Shown here piece by piece: positions 40,443 through 52,800 of a stretch of 64,000 bases of DNA (positions are counted from its first letter, which is position 1; every line of letters begins with the position of its first letter). The notes beneath the pieces are model-generated. The model was given only the letters and a program-made list of their open reading frames with translations, was not told the DNA's origin and ran no database searches. Source of the stretch: Yuukianura sp. NJ FZ-2021 (lineage: Eukaryota); NCBI GenBank assembly GCA_046563655.1, contig CM102284.1, positions 2,914,001 to 2,978,000 on the forward strand, given 5' to 3'. The position numbers and the translations under genes were made by a program.

Positions 40443-41770
40443 CTAAACATTTCAGCATATGAAAATAAAATATTGAAATAACGAAGGTTACACAAGACTG
40501 AAAATGAAACTTGCCCCGCAGGGGATTCGTAAGCAACACATTGATAACAACTAGTCATTGTTGTAACTCGCCCAGATATTAGCGAAACGACGATGGGTTA
40601 ATGACATTGAAGTGCGACGGTGAGGGGGGGGGGGCTTACTGACGGCGCGACCTTGAATTCCATTCACCCTAATTGAGTAGCCTTTACGTAAACCCAAATA
40701 AAGTTTGTGGAAACCCCAAATGAGTCACTTTTGTAATGATAATTTTTCATCTTGTTAAGATGCAGCAATCAGTCAACAAGTTCGTACAGTCGTCGGATTT
40801 GTATTAAATCCCCGAAATAATGAAATTCTCTATTACAGAACTGTTTCTGACTAATCTATTAACTACTAACCCCACCCACACCGAAGTTTTCTCGAAGGAA
40901 GACGAATTATTCTGTATTTCCTTAAAGTACCAAGATCTTACCAGTAAGAATAACAATGTCTTCGTTGAACACTTTGTCCGATAGGCCGATTCCACATCCA
41001 CCTTGTCACAGTCCAAGTTGGTGGTGATTCATCGTTACAAACACGTCCTTAATGATACGCTTTTAAGTTAGACCAGAGTTTCGACGAATAAAGAAAGGAT
41101 CCTTGATTTCTTTGGTGTGTTACGTGAGTTTCACTGTACGTTTTCATAATAATTTAATAGATCAAGGAAACAACTTAAATTCTTTAATAACTTTACTATG
41201 ACGGTGCCATAATAAAAGAGATTTAGGTGGTTTATGATTCCTTGGAATGTACAGAATTGAATCAGCTAGACTCAGAGGGGACGAAGGGTCCTAGGAATAC
41301 TCGGAATCTTCTGACTCTTGCTGACTCGTTTACATCTACTTGGGGTTCCTTTAATCCGCGGAATTTTCTGAAACTCATTTGCTTTTGGTCTGAACTGTTT
41401 CACGGTCGCATCGCAATGAAGTCTCCGAGATCATGGCGCGGCGTACGTGGAGATTAAGCAGAATTGTAGAGAATACACAGCGGAACCTCTCATTGGGAAA
41501 CTTTTATCTCCGCCTCTCCTCTCTCCTGACGTCTGGATACCGTAAACATTCATTTTTTGGAAGAGTTTCACTTGAAAGCAAAACGACTCGCGTAGAGGAA
41601 TACGTCGGAAACCTATATTCAAACCAACCTGTCAGAGAATTTTACGCAATAAGCGGCTGGACTGTTCTACTAGATAAAGAGGATTACACCACGAACAATA
41701 TTTACTGCTTTTATTTCAACTCGTGTATAAATTGGGTGTAAATTGGGCAGGCGGTAATTTACCGCCAAAA

Positions 41771-42707
41771 TTACATGGCCTTGCCACCATCAACTTCAAT
41801 TTTACTCGTTTCGCCACAGTCGGATTGAAGTTGCGACATAGGATTGGACAATAAGGTAGCATCAGGCTCAGCTTCCTGCTTTTCTGCGGGCGCATCTTCA
41901 GCCGGTGGCGGAGCAGCGGCCGCTGCCCCACCCGTACTTCCACCACTATTTATGCATCCAGCCATATCATCCATTCCTTTGTTCTCAGCAGTGGAGTAGT
42001 ACGCATGGAACATTGGAGGATTCAGCAAATTGACGAGAACACTCCCACGGTTCTCTTTCCCATTCCCATGATGTACCAGGGCATCTCCTGCAGGACCAAT
42101 GGACCAAATGACGTACTGTGGCTCGTTCTAATATATGTAAAACGTAAATCTAATTTCTAATTGGTCCACCTTTACTTTTTCCTGATTTTTTAGTCCACGC
42201 TAATCATAATCACCTACCACTATTCGAATGTCATCCTTGCAGTCCCTGGTAAAGAGAGCTCGGCGGAAATGGACCTCAGTGTACATGTCGGTCTGTCGCA
42301 GAAACAGCAGCATGTAGTTGCTCATGTCATCCTTCTCTCCTGCACCGTGAGCGTCCTTCCCACGGAGAAAATAACTCAAATTACGAAATAACGTTGCCAA
42401 ATGTTGTACTCTGACAAATGTGACTTACAACGGCATACACAGTTCCATTTTCATACATTCCGGAAACAAAGAGGTCAGCACCCTCCATTGTTCCTTTGGG
42501 CGACAGACCAAACCCAACATAGCCAGTTCCTCTGGCTATCGCTCGAAATGTCACAAATGGACCAAACACTTCCCAACGCAAGGTGTACAGGTCCCTGTTG
42601 ATTGTGAACCCACCCCTAACGTACTGGGCCTCACACAGCGACATAGCAGCCAGGCACAGAATTGTGCACGCCACTGCTTTTAAGAGGTTCAAATTCACGA
42701 TGCTCAT
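41771..42707 (-). CDS. Secreted single-DOMON-domain protein; exons 42707-42429, 42355-42218, 42127-41771
   Basis: Signal peptide, then YTLRWE, GYVGFGLSPKGTMEGADL, FRRALFT.DCKDDIRI, YVIWSIG...HHG...NRG, followed by a low-complexity tail. Confidence 0.85.
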
Positions 42708-43802
42708 TGTAGAAACTTTCGGAACCGCTGCGGATGTGCAGAAATTTAAAAAAGTTTGAGAAACTTTGATTAGGAATTTTGACCCGAAGGGGACCCTTGT
42801 CTGCTGACAGTGAACCTTGTTGTGGCTCGAAATAGTGGCAAATTCGTGTCATTTAAAATAGCGTTGGTGAAAAATTCCATTTTTTTTTGCCTTGTTTTTA
42901 TTGAAGGTGGAGTGATTGAAGGTCGACAGCCAAACAAAACAAAAGCCCAAATGTATCCGGCTTAATTGAAGGCGTGTTTGGATACCTTTTGTTCCACTGG
43001 ACATTAATTACAAAATTCACACTTTAGCCTTCAATTTCTGTCACACAACAACGGAACTGTTTAGATCACTTAATATGTGACCCAGATTGTTAATAGGATC
43101 TTGTTTAAAAAATAAACGTCAAGAAAAAATCCCATCATTCATACAGTCTGATCCAAGGGGAATGAATGAGTTTATGTCAGTTCTATAAAACTATTTCACT
43201 AGTTACGCGTATTTCAAGTACACCGGTTGTGCGCATAAAAATATGTATCTCATCAGCAGCGTAATAGGTTAGATTAGTTAATAACTACTTAATTAGATCA
43301 ACTAAATCTTCTAAATGGTTATGTGTTAGTGTAGTGGGTCAGCAGTCAGTTCAATAGCATTTAGGCGAGCGTTGTGCAAGATTTTGGTACAATGCCTAAA
43401 CGGAGGAGCTTCGCAGTCTTTACTCGTGAACAGCTAGATAGACATTGTATACCGTAATTGTGAGTAGGTTAATTGTGAATTGTTAATATAAATTAATTGT
43501 GAAAGTGATGTACTGTGATGTATAACCTACTTCAGTAAATATTTAGTATGAATAAAATAATTCATAATATAATAATTATCCACGATCCGCTTAATGTGTT
43601 CGCTAAAAGTACCCGAGTGGTTTTATTAGTGATACTGCACTCCAAAGTAGACTCAGTTTCGGGCCCTGCCCTTTTTTTAATTGTATGTGACAATCGGCAC
43701 CATAAAGTGGAAATCATAGTTACAGAATCAACATTAAACTATTAAAGCTATCGTTTTCGAATTTAGAAATTGACTAAATTTGTTTTAGAAGTTAGGAATC
43801 GT

Positions 43803-46800
43803 CTAAATGCGCGGGGGTCCATTGGGGTAGCCTAACATGGGGTCCAGAGAGGCGGCAAAGCTGTTGTATGAGAAGCACGAAAAGTCTTGTTCTGTAAACG
43901 GAAGGAGGACGGCCGTCCCCAGGAGAAGGAGCACCAAGGCCTGGAATGGAATTGACGCTCTGAAGGCACGGTACACATAGCCTACCCCTCTACGGTTCGA
44001 TGCAGGGGCAGCTCGTCTGTCATCTTCCTGTGCACCTCTGCAAATACAAAACGAGGATTAGAGAAATTCGCACACTCTGGTGTAAACTATGCTTTGAAGT
44101 GGTTTAGTTACGATTGGGTGCTTGTGGGAGAGAAGCTTCGTGCTGGACTACTAGAGCCACTGCGGGCTGTAATCTACAAAATAAAAAAAAAAGCGCTGAA
44201 CATAAATATTTAAGTATTTTGAATAGAATTTCTTATTTTCAACATATTTTATTTTTTTTTTATTTCAAAGATGATTTATTTATATATTTGATATTTATTT
44301 TATAAAACAATTTCGTCAAAAGTGAACGAACTTAGTTGGAGTACCTGGTCAGACAAAGTAAGAAAACGATCGTCACTTCCTGGCTCTTCTGCTTCAAAAA
44401 CGTCTCCGATGAAAGACATGTAGGCGTCTAACAGTCGTTTTTGAATTCGTAGTTGACTGTTTAAATTGACAATTCTATCGAGCATGTCACCCGACTCAGG
44501 AATCGTTGCCACTCTTTCGCCTGAGTCAGCACTCGGCACAACTCGTCCTTCCTGTTCAATTGCTTTCGGATTGACAAAAAGTTGTTCTGTCGTTTGCTTC
44601 AGAGTCCGGAGTCCAGGCTCAGTTCGGCACAAACGTTCGTTCAGTTCCTAAATATAACAATAGGATACATAAAAATGTCATAATTTTCTTGGTATAAATA
44701 TTTCCGTATAAAAATTTCAAACCTGAAAATGCCTTTGTTTTGATTCCAAAACGTGTTTAGGTGCAGCAAGATTCACGGGCTCCAAATCTCGAATGACTTC
44801 TTGCGCTTGAGATAGAAACGTTTCGTACTCCTCGACCGTTTCATGAAAATCTGGATTCTAAATTTCAACGTAGTTTTCAAATAATTTCAATTTAGAATTT
44901 TCAAATTATATGTAGATACATACTATGTAGATTTATAATTGTACCTCCATTAACGCCATTTGAAGTCGGGCTTGCCATGTCGCACAGTTGTGACAAACTT
45001 TTTTCCACCACTTCAACGCTTTGGCAAGCCTCGTTCTCAAGTTCTCCAAATCTGCAGTATCCACCCCCTCCACTTCCACGGCTTCGTTGGCGTGTTCTTC
45101 GAGATGAGCTAGAACCGATGTCAAGTTGCTCGTCAAAGCACGATGACTGTCCAAATCCAAAATCAGTTCCTGAAAATGCACAAATTATATTTAAATTTGA
45201 TTAGCGTTTCGTCCAGGTTTGAGTTATTTTGAATTTTGAACTGGAATTTTTACTCGATGGCTCAGAATGACATCTTCCAGAGCTTCCAACTCCGTCGGTG
45301 GCCTACTCTTCATCCGTTCCCTCAATGTTCCTTCCGAATGTTGAAGCCATTGTTCAAGCCTCCAGAGGGTACACTCCCAAGCTCCACGTTTTGTCGGAGA
45401 GCAAATGGGACATGTCACTTTTAAGTCTTTCCTGGCACCACCATTTTGACTACTCTGACTCTGCGCACGCGCTTTCTCCTCCAAAGTTCTGAAACGTACG
45501 ATGAGATCATCTACTGTTGTTGTCTCTTCATCTTGAATTACTAAACGCTGAAGGTAGGAGCACATTTCAATCGTCGAGTCTGCTTTGCCAACTGCTTTCG
45601 CCTGAAACAACATCAAAACAAAATATTATAATCGATCCTAAATTTTTGGAATCGTTGTAATTTGGAAATTCTACAAGTTTGTGTGTGTGTACCAAATGAT
45701 CAAGATCTGAACCGTCGACGAGGAGGCCCTCGAGCTTGTCCAGTGCCAAAGTCGCCTCAGCTACACATTTTACCAACTCCGACTTGTAAACGTCTCCTCG
45801 TACAATGGAACTCAAGGAACTTGTTGGAGACTCATCCGGTGTTACCTCGGGACTCAAAGTTGACACTTGTACTGCTTTTGTTTCCAATTCTGTTTTCAAA
45901 CTTAGCTTTTCTTCCTAAAAAAAAACAGAAACGCGAAGTTGGATAAACGTTATGGCCTTAAAAAATCGGATTTGCGTGGGATATTACATTCTGACGAATT
46001 TTAGCCAGTCTTGCCCCCAATGTACTCATCAGTTTTTTGCGTTTTTGTTCATACTCGGCAACTTCAGCTAGAACAGGAGAAACCGGCATTATGCTTCCAA
46101 CTTCGTCGATGGCAGGCTTCCAATCATCTGCACTTGGAAGTTCGTTCAACGACGAAAGAAGAGATTCGATTTGTTCGGCATTATTCGTACCCGTACGAAG
46201 TTTTGAGGAAAGTAGGTTGTTCGCCTGCTCAAAAAAGCAGGTGATAATAAACATCTTTTTTAATAAACATAATGGAGAGATGTATTTGTACCTCAGCAGC
46301 GATTTGATCAAGGTTGGCCTGAGATTCTCGAAGAGAGCTTCGAAGAGGTTGAACTACTTGGAGATCGCGACACTGTTTGACCGCTTCCCGCCAGCGATTC
46401 AAAATTCCTTTGACGCGTTGACTCAGCGGACGACAGGAGGACGGATCCACTTTATTGGCCAAGTAAAAGTAGTCGTTACGCAAATCCTCAACTTTCGAAA
46501 CACGCCGCTCCATCCACTGGAACAAAGCCTGTTTTGAAAAGTATTGAAATTAAAATGAAGCTGTTTTAAGGTTTTTTTTGTAGTTTTTCAAAACTTACTT
46601 CAACGCATTCCTGAGTTTCCTGACTCTCAGGAATCATTGCATGCTGAATCTTTTCCTCAAGCTGCCCAACGCTTTCCTCCAAACTGGTACAATCTTGGCA
46701 CATTTTTTCTAAACGATCTCGGAGTGCCAGTAAAAGTTCTTCCCGCTCTTTAAATTGACCAATGATGCCACTCCACAACTTTTCTAAAGAGTCTAATCGT

Positions 46801-49800
46801 TGTAGTAAGAGGTTTCCGGATTCAGTCATGCGCATGTCATCAAAATCGGAGACAGCAATGTTTCCAACGTTCAGCACATCGTTAACATCAGTGCTCAATG
46901 CATTAAGTTTCATTTGTTCTCGTTCAAGTTCATCGACTTTCTGGCTCAAACTGAGGTCACTAAACTCCTCAAACGAAACAGGAGAGAGGATAAACGCCTC
47001 TAGTTCTTTGAGAAGGCTCGTCACGATGTCAGCCTTCAGATAAAGCTCTTCGGAAGTCTAAAGTGAGTAATAACAATAACATATTATTTATAACATATTA
47101 TATTTTTATGAATCTACAATTAATCCATTTTCTCTATCTGAAGAATAGTAAATATGTTACCTTTTGAAGTTGTGCTGCCTTAGCCGCTTTCTTGGAATGC
47201 GTTTCAGTGAGCGTCTTCCATTTGAACTTGAGTTGGTCCATGACCTTGAGAAGTTCTTTCTGTTCTTTGCCACTGGTCATGCCCGAAAGAGCTTCCCCAG
47301 TGCGCAGAAGCCACTCGTAAGTCACATCTTTTGAACGAATGTCATTGGCCATGTCGGTTTGAAGGAAGCGAGAGTAGGAGTTGAGGTCAACGAACTGGGG
47401 ACGCTCTAATTTGTCCCTGACTGAGTCTGCCCAGACCATCCAGGCTTTGCATTTCGTGTCGAATCGAGGTACTAGATCTTCCCTCTCTTGGGCTTCTGCC
47501 AGTCGTTGACTAATTGTGGACATCAGCTCGAGATGGGAGTTGTTGAGACTCCATGTACGTTGACTAAAGACTCTAGCATCTAATGGACTGATTGTATTCT
47601 TCAATTCGTCAACAATCGTTTCAAGTCCTTCTGTTAACGAGTTTAAGCTCGAACTTTCCAGCTCAATTTCCTGAAAAAAATCCAAACATTAGCACCACAA
47701 CTGCAGCAAACGCCACTCAGCATTTTCCTCGGCTGCCAACTATTCAATGTCGGTCATTAAAATTCTAAACATGCTTGAAAATTTTGTCTCTGCTTCTGAT
47801 TAATGTTGTGATATGTGATAAGGGTGAATACCTTGAGTTTGCTAATAGACGCCTTCAGTTGAGCAAAGTCCCTTGGACTTTCGACTTCTGCCAAGCGGTC
47901 CATAGCTGACTGAATTCGGAAGCTCATTTCGGCAGCTCTCGTTTCGAAATCTTGAGTGGCGTGGATGAGGCGGTTGACATGATCCAGCCATGTTCGAAGT
48001 GCTGCCTGTAGGTTTACCAGTCTTGCGTTGTAAGAGGACAGCTCATGTGTGAGGTTAGACTTGACCGGAGTATCGTTGGTGGAGGCAATGACCTCTTGCG
48101 CATGACGCTTAAAGTTTTTGAACAATTCTTCTCCCTCGGAGCAACGAGACAGGAGAAACTGTGATTACAAATTACATATGGTATGTACATATCTATATTT
48201 TTATTATTATTTTTTATATTTGTTATTTTTACTTGAATATTCTGCTTCACTTGAGGCAGACGTTGGACGGCAAGGTAAGGTAAATCTAAATAGCGCTTTT
48301 CCCGCTCAAGACTTTTCAGCCAATTGCTGAGTGCCTTTTGAGCGACTTTGAATCTTGACAAAACTTCGTCATCTTCTATGGAGTCGTCCAAAATCAACGC
48401 GTTGAGATCCATGTCATCTGAACACGATTGTTGCAATTCCCGTAGTTTGTCACGTAGAGCGAACACTTCTGACTTGAACGGAAGGTCAAAGGTCAACCTT
48501 GTTTCCTGCACCGATTTGTCTTTTGACACTAAAATTAATTCCAGTTTGGCAACAAGTTCTTCCAACTCTTCCATCGTCACTTCCACAATCTCCAGCTCTT
48601 CCCGAACACTGTACAGATCGTTGGAGTCATACTTCTCGTACGCACTATTCAGCCTTTCCACTGCCTCTAGTTTTTGGTTTTCAAAAAGCTGAAATAGGGC
48701 GGCAGCATTTTCGTAACCTAATTCAAGATTCTGCACTTCTTGATATAAACTTTGTAGATTCTCTGATAGTTTTTGGGTTTGGGACTTGACGTTTTCGGCT
48801 GCGCGTGAGCCGATAGGAACGTTCTGAAATTCCTGCGCAATCGATTCACATTTACTCATCAGCACCTTGGCAGCCTCTTCTTCTGACTTGATTTTCTAAA
48901 AAAAAAGATTAATCAAGGCGTGTCAATCTCTTATTAGACTCGCAGAAAGACACGCAATAAATCAAAGTTGCGAGTTTCATTCTCCTGCATTCTGTTACTC
49001 CAAGGTAAAAACTACATTTGGCATGTCTGATTTCTGCAACCCACACTTCTAATCTAACCCACATTCCTTCTTCCCGTCAATCATTTCAAACCGAACCGGA
49101 AATGGTACTGATAGAAACGAAAAAAATTTTTTGGCAGCATTTCCATTTTTTTAACCGTCAAATGCCTTTCACTGAAGAAGGAGAAAGTTGAAGGTCCCGT
49201 CGCGCATGTCAGAAAATTCTACGTTCTTGATGTTTTGAAAATTTAGCATTTAGATTCTTATTTCAAATAAAAATGCAAAGAAAAATATATTTGTGATACC
49301 AAATCGCAACCTTGAGGCATTTTTTTGTAGTATGAGAATCGTGACGATCGTGCTTCGGAGCTATTACGCAACGACGCTAATTAAGTAGGTTGTACAAATA
49401 AAACTCCAGCAAACATACCTCGTTGTCGGCGAATCTTACTGTTGTATGGCAGTTGCAATTGAAAATTGAATTCTACCAACCAAACAACCTTGTGCATTCT
49501 TAAACTTTGTGTTTCAGCGTTCTTGGTCACACAAGCGTCTAAAAATAAAGTTCTTCAACAGCCTCGAGTTCAAGAAGTCCAGTAAAGATCCATTAGCACT
49601 TCGTCAATACGTCAACAACAAACGGACGAAAGGTGGTCTGCGTTGGGAGGCAAAACGAGTTGCTCTACCGGCAAAACTGCTAATGCACACTACAAACTGT
49701 TTGGATTGGCACTAATCAGCCCAAAGTGTAAATTGACTGGTCGTGTACATTTCAGTCGGCGTTTGAGGGGTGGGCGATGGTGGGGTAAAAGTTACTTTTT

Positions 49801-52800
49801 TTTTGCAATCAAGTCAAGTTCAGAGTGATCAGATAAATAAACACTCGCAATGAAAAGTAAACTTAACCCATTTGCAACTAAAGTTGACTTGGGAGGTTTT
49901 TAGTGCCAATTTCACTGGTAGCGTATAACGAAGTGACTAGTTGTATAATGAAGTGTGGAGATGATGAGGGAGTGACAGTGGCAACTAAAAGTTGTCCCTG
50001 CTTACTATTGTATTTGTATATTTGTAAAGTGTCATTGAGAACGAGGGATTTTGTCAAAAGAAGACTAACAACTCTAGTGTTTAGTAATCTTTTTTCCAAA
50101 TAAGCAACGCTAAGGTCTATCGTATCTTTTCATGTTAATACTCTGAAAGTGTGTCAACCGACTGGAATATTACGGAAGCGTCCCCGGCCAATATCCAAAA
50201 ATAAGCACGAACCAGAACTAATGAAATGGGCATTTGAGTAAATGAGTGTCTTGTTGTTTTGGCACAGTAACCCAAAACAAGTACAAAAAAAAAAGTTTGG
50301 AATGCTGCCGGAAGTTTCTTTTATAGCGTCAATGACCGTACACTACAGTTGAGCACACAAGATCTTAACTCGAGCTCAATTCAACCGAAACGGAAGTTTG
50401 CTTAGGCAAAATACTTCTAATTTTCTTTCTTAATCAAAATTCAAAGTTCTTTTTTTAAATTTCCCGCAGTTGTTTTAATTTTAAAATTCCGAACATGGCG
50501 CAGCCAATCAAAGCAAAAAAATCTTACAAAAAAATCTTACTTGTAGAAAATCCTGACGGGTTTGAATGTCGGCTGACTGTACTGGCGGAGTACGGAGACC
50601 ACGGACCACCACGTTACCTTGGAGGAGTTGCGCAGAAAGTGTCGATTCCACTTGTTCGTACTCTTCCCACAATTCCAGAATGTGTGTCAGCAGTGTCTTG
50701 GACTGTTCAATTCGCAACAGTAGGTCGGCAATTGTTGCAATTTCGTCAACACAAATGGACGGAGGAAAGTTATAGTGAAGGTGGGAAGTGAAGGACGCGG
50801 GAGTTTCGGATACGAGGGAACGTAATTTTGCCAAACCTTCCTCATTGTCGTGCAATTCAGATTCCAACAACTGGAAAAATAGAGTGATGTCAATCAGGAA
50901 TTAACGGTGGATTTAGATTAACGGATTGTGTTGCTCTACTCAAAGTACTTTAGCTTTACATTAATTTTTTGAAGAGTTGGCTCGACGCCTTCTATTGATT
51001 GTAACTGAGGATTTACAATTTCATCCACTTCGGAAATGAGCGTCGCCTGCTGTTGCTTTAACTGCAATTAACAAAATATAAATATATAATTTTTATTGAT
51101 TACAACTCAAATTTATTTAGTAAACCTTACAGGAGTTTTAAGCAATTCGATTTCCTTGAACTTTTGTCTCATTCGTTCTAAAGCTTCAAATTCTATTAGC
51201 AGTTCCGCCTCCAAGAACCTGATTATGCGCGATATTTCTCCATAAACATCCGCATCCACGGCGTCGTGTCTCTTTGCATCAAGTTGGCCCAATTCCAACT
51301 TCCGCTGGAACAATTCATTCTCCAGGGCCTGCGACAAAAGTTCAGAAAAAAATTAACTACATAAAGAAAAAAAAGGAAACGTTGGACGAAAATACATGGT
51401 AGAAAGTATATAGAAACCGTAGAGCGTACCAGTAAACAATCACGGTAAGCTAGAAGTTCTTCCTCTGACTCGATAGTGACCATGAGGTCATTGACCTTTT
51501 GAGACAAAGCGTTGACCTTACTCAACAGTTCATCATCACTCGGAGTGACGGCTTTAGTAGCCAGTTTTTCCGTTTCGAGGTCAACCTCCAACAGACTAAG
51601 GCGTTCCACAAAGGCATTCAGTTCCTGTTGCAGAACTTCGCCATTTGTAACCGGAATTGCGGAAAGAACCTTCTCAAGTTGGCAACACGCTTCTTCTTTC
51701 TGGTTTTGTCCCTTCATGTACAACGTCTTCAAATCCTGAAAAGAATTTTTTGAATGAATTTAAAAAGTTCAAAGTTGAATTCTAGAAAGAAACTCTAAAT
51801 GAAAGTGTTTAGCTTACCGAGAGAGCAGCAGGATTGATTTCTGGCTGAACTGAAATTTCGTCCAGCTTTGTCTCGCCTTCGTTGATAGTTTTTTTCATTT
51901 GGGTCGTAGCAGCCGTGTACTTCTGAAAATGTTGGTTGAATTTTTTAAGCGAAGCAAGGCCATTGCGTACTCTTTTTGCATACGCCTCATGACACTTTTC
52001 TAACGTTTCCAGACGAGTCAGCAACTCAGGACAATTGGCTGACGGCGAAATTGAGTCAATGGATGCCTTCAATTGTTCAAGCAAAACTTGATGCGTCAAT
52101 AATTCGGAGTTGAGCTTCTCATAGTCAACTTCGTATGTTGGTATTTCGTCTGAGGAGAGATCGCTGAGTTTGCGTAATTTGCCGACGGATGTTTCAAACC
52201 AATGAAGGTCCTGCGTTATTTCCGTGTCAATTTGTTCCCACTTTTCAGCTAAATGCAAAAGTCGAATTTGTTCCTTGGCTTCATTTTCTAGTAAAACTGT
52301 CAACCCCTCCATCAGTTTCGCATGGTCCGCCTAAAATTCAAAGTGAAAATTGATTAATACAGGTTATGCATATGCATTACTAAAATTAGTTTTTGAAAGG
52401 AGTTCTAAAAATTTATTTCTGGAAACTAGAATAAAAATTAGCCTTACGGATTTTGTTTCTCTTGAGCTGGGACTTAAAGCTGAGAAGAACAATTCAGCAG
52501 TCATGAGGCCTTGCGCGAGGTATTTACATTTCTCCTTACTTTTGGCAATTTGTAAATGCAAATCATGCAGCGACGCGGACTTTCTCGGTTTTTCATCAGT
52601 TTTAAAATTTTTATGTAAGTTGGTGACACATTCTGCGTAACCTTGTTCGGTCGACTCATCTGCCACAATTTTCTCAATTTCCGAGCGAATACGAGTGATC
52701 AGACTATGAGACTCAGCGGACGGAGCGAACCTTTTCACATCGTTTTCAATTTTATTCAGCATGTCCAGTTTGTCTTCCGGCGTTAGCGATTCCAAAATAC

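Noticed and set aside
43803..44037. Klarsicht as the identity of the KASH gene
   Set aside because: The RASxPxQALxLLLLG transmembrane segment, many spectrin-like exons and giant size fit Msp300 better.
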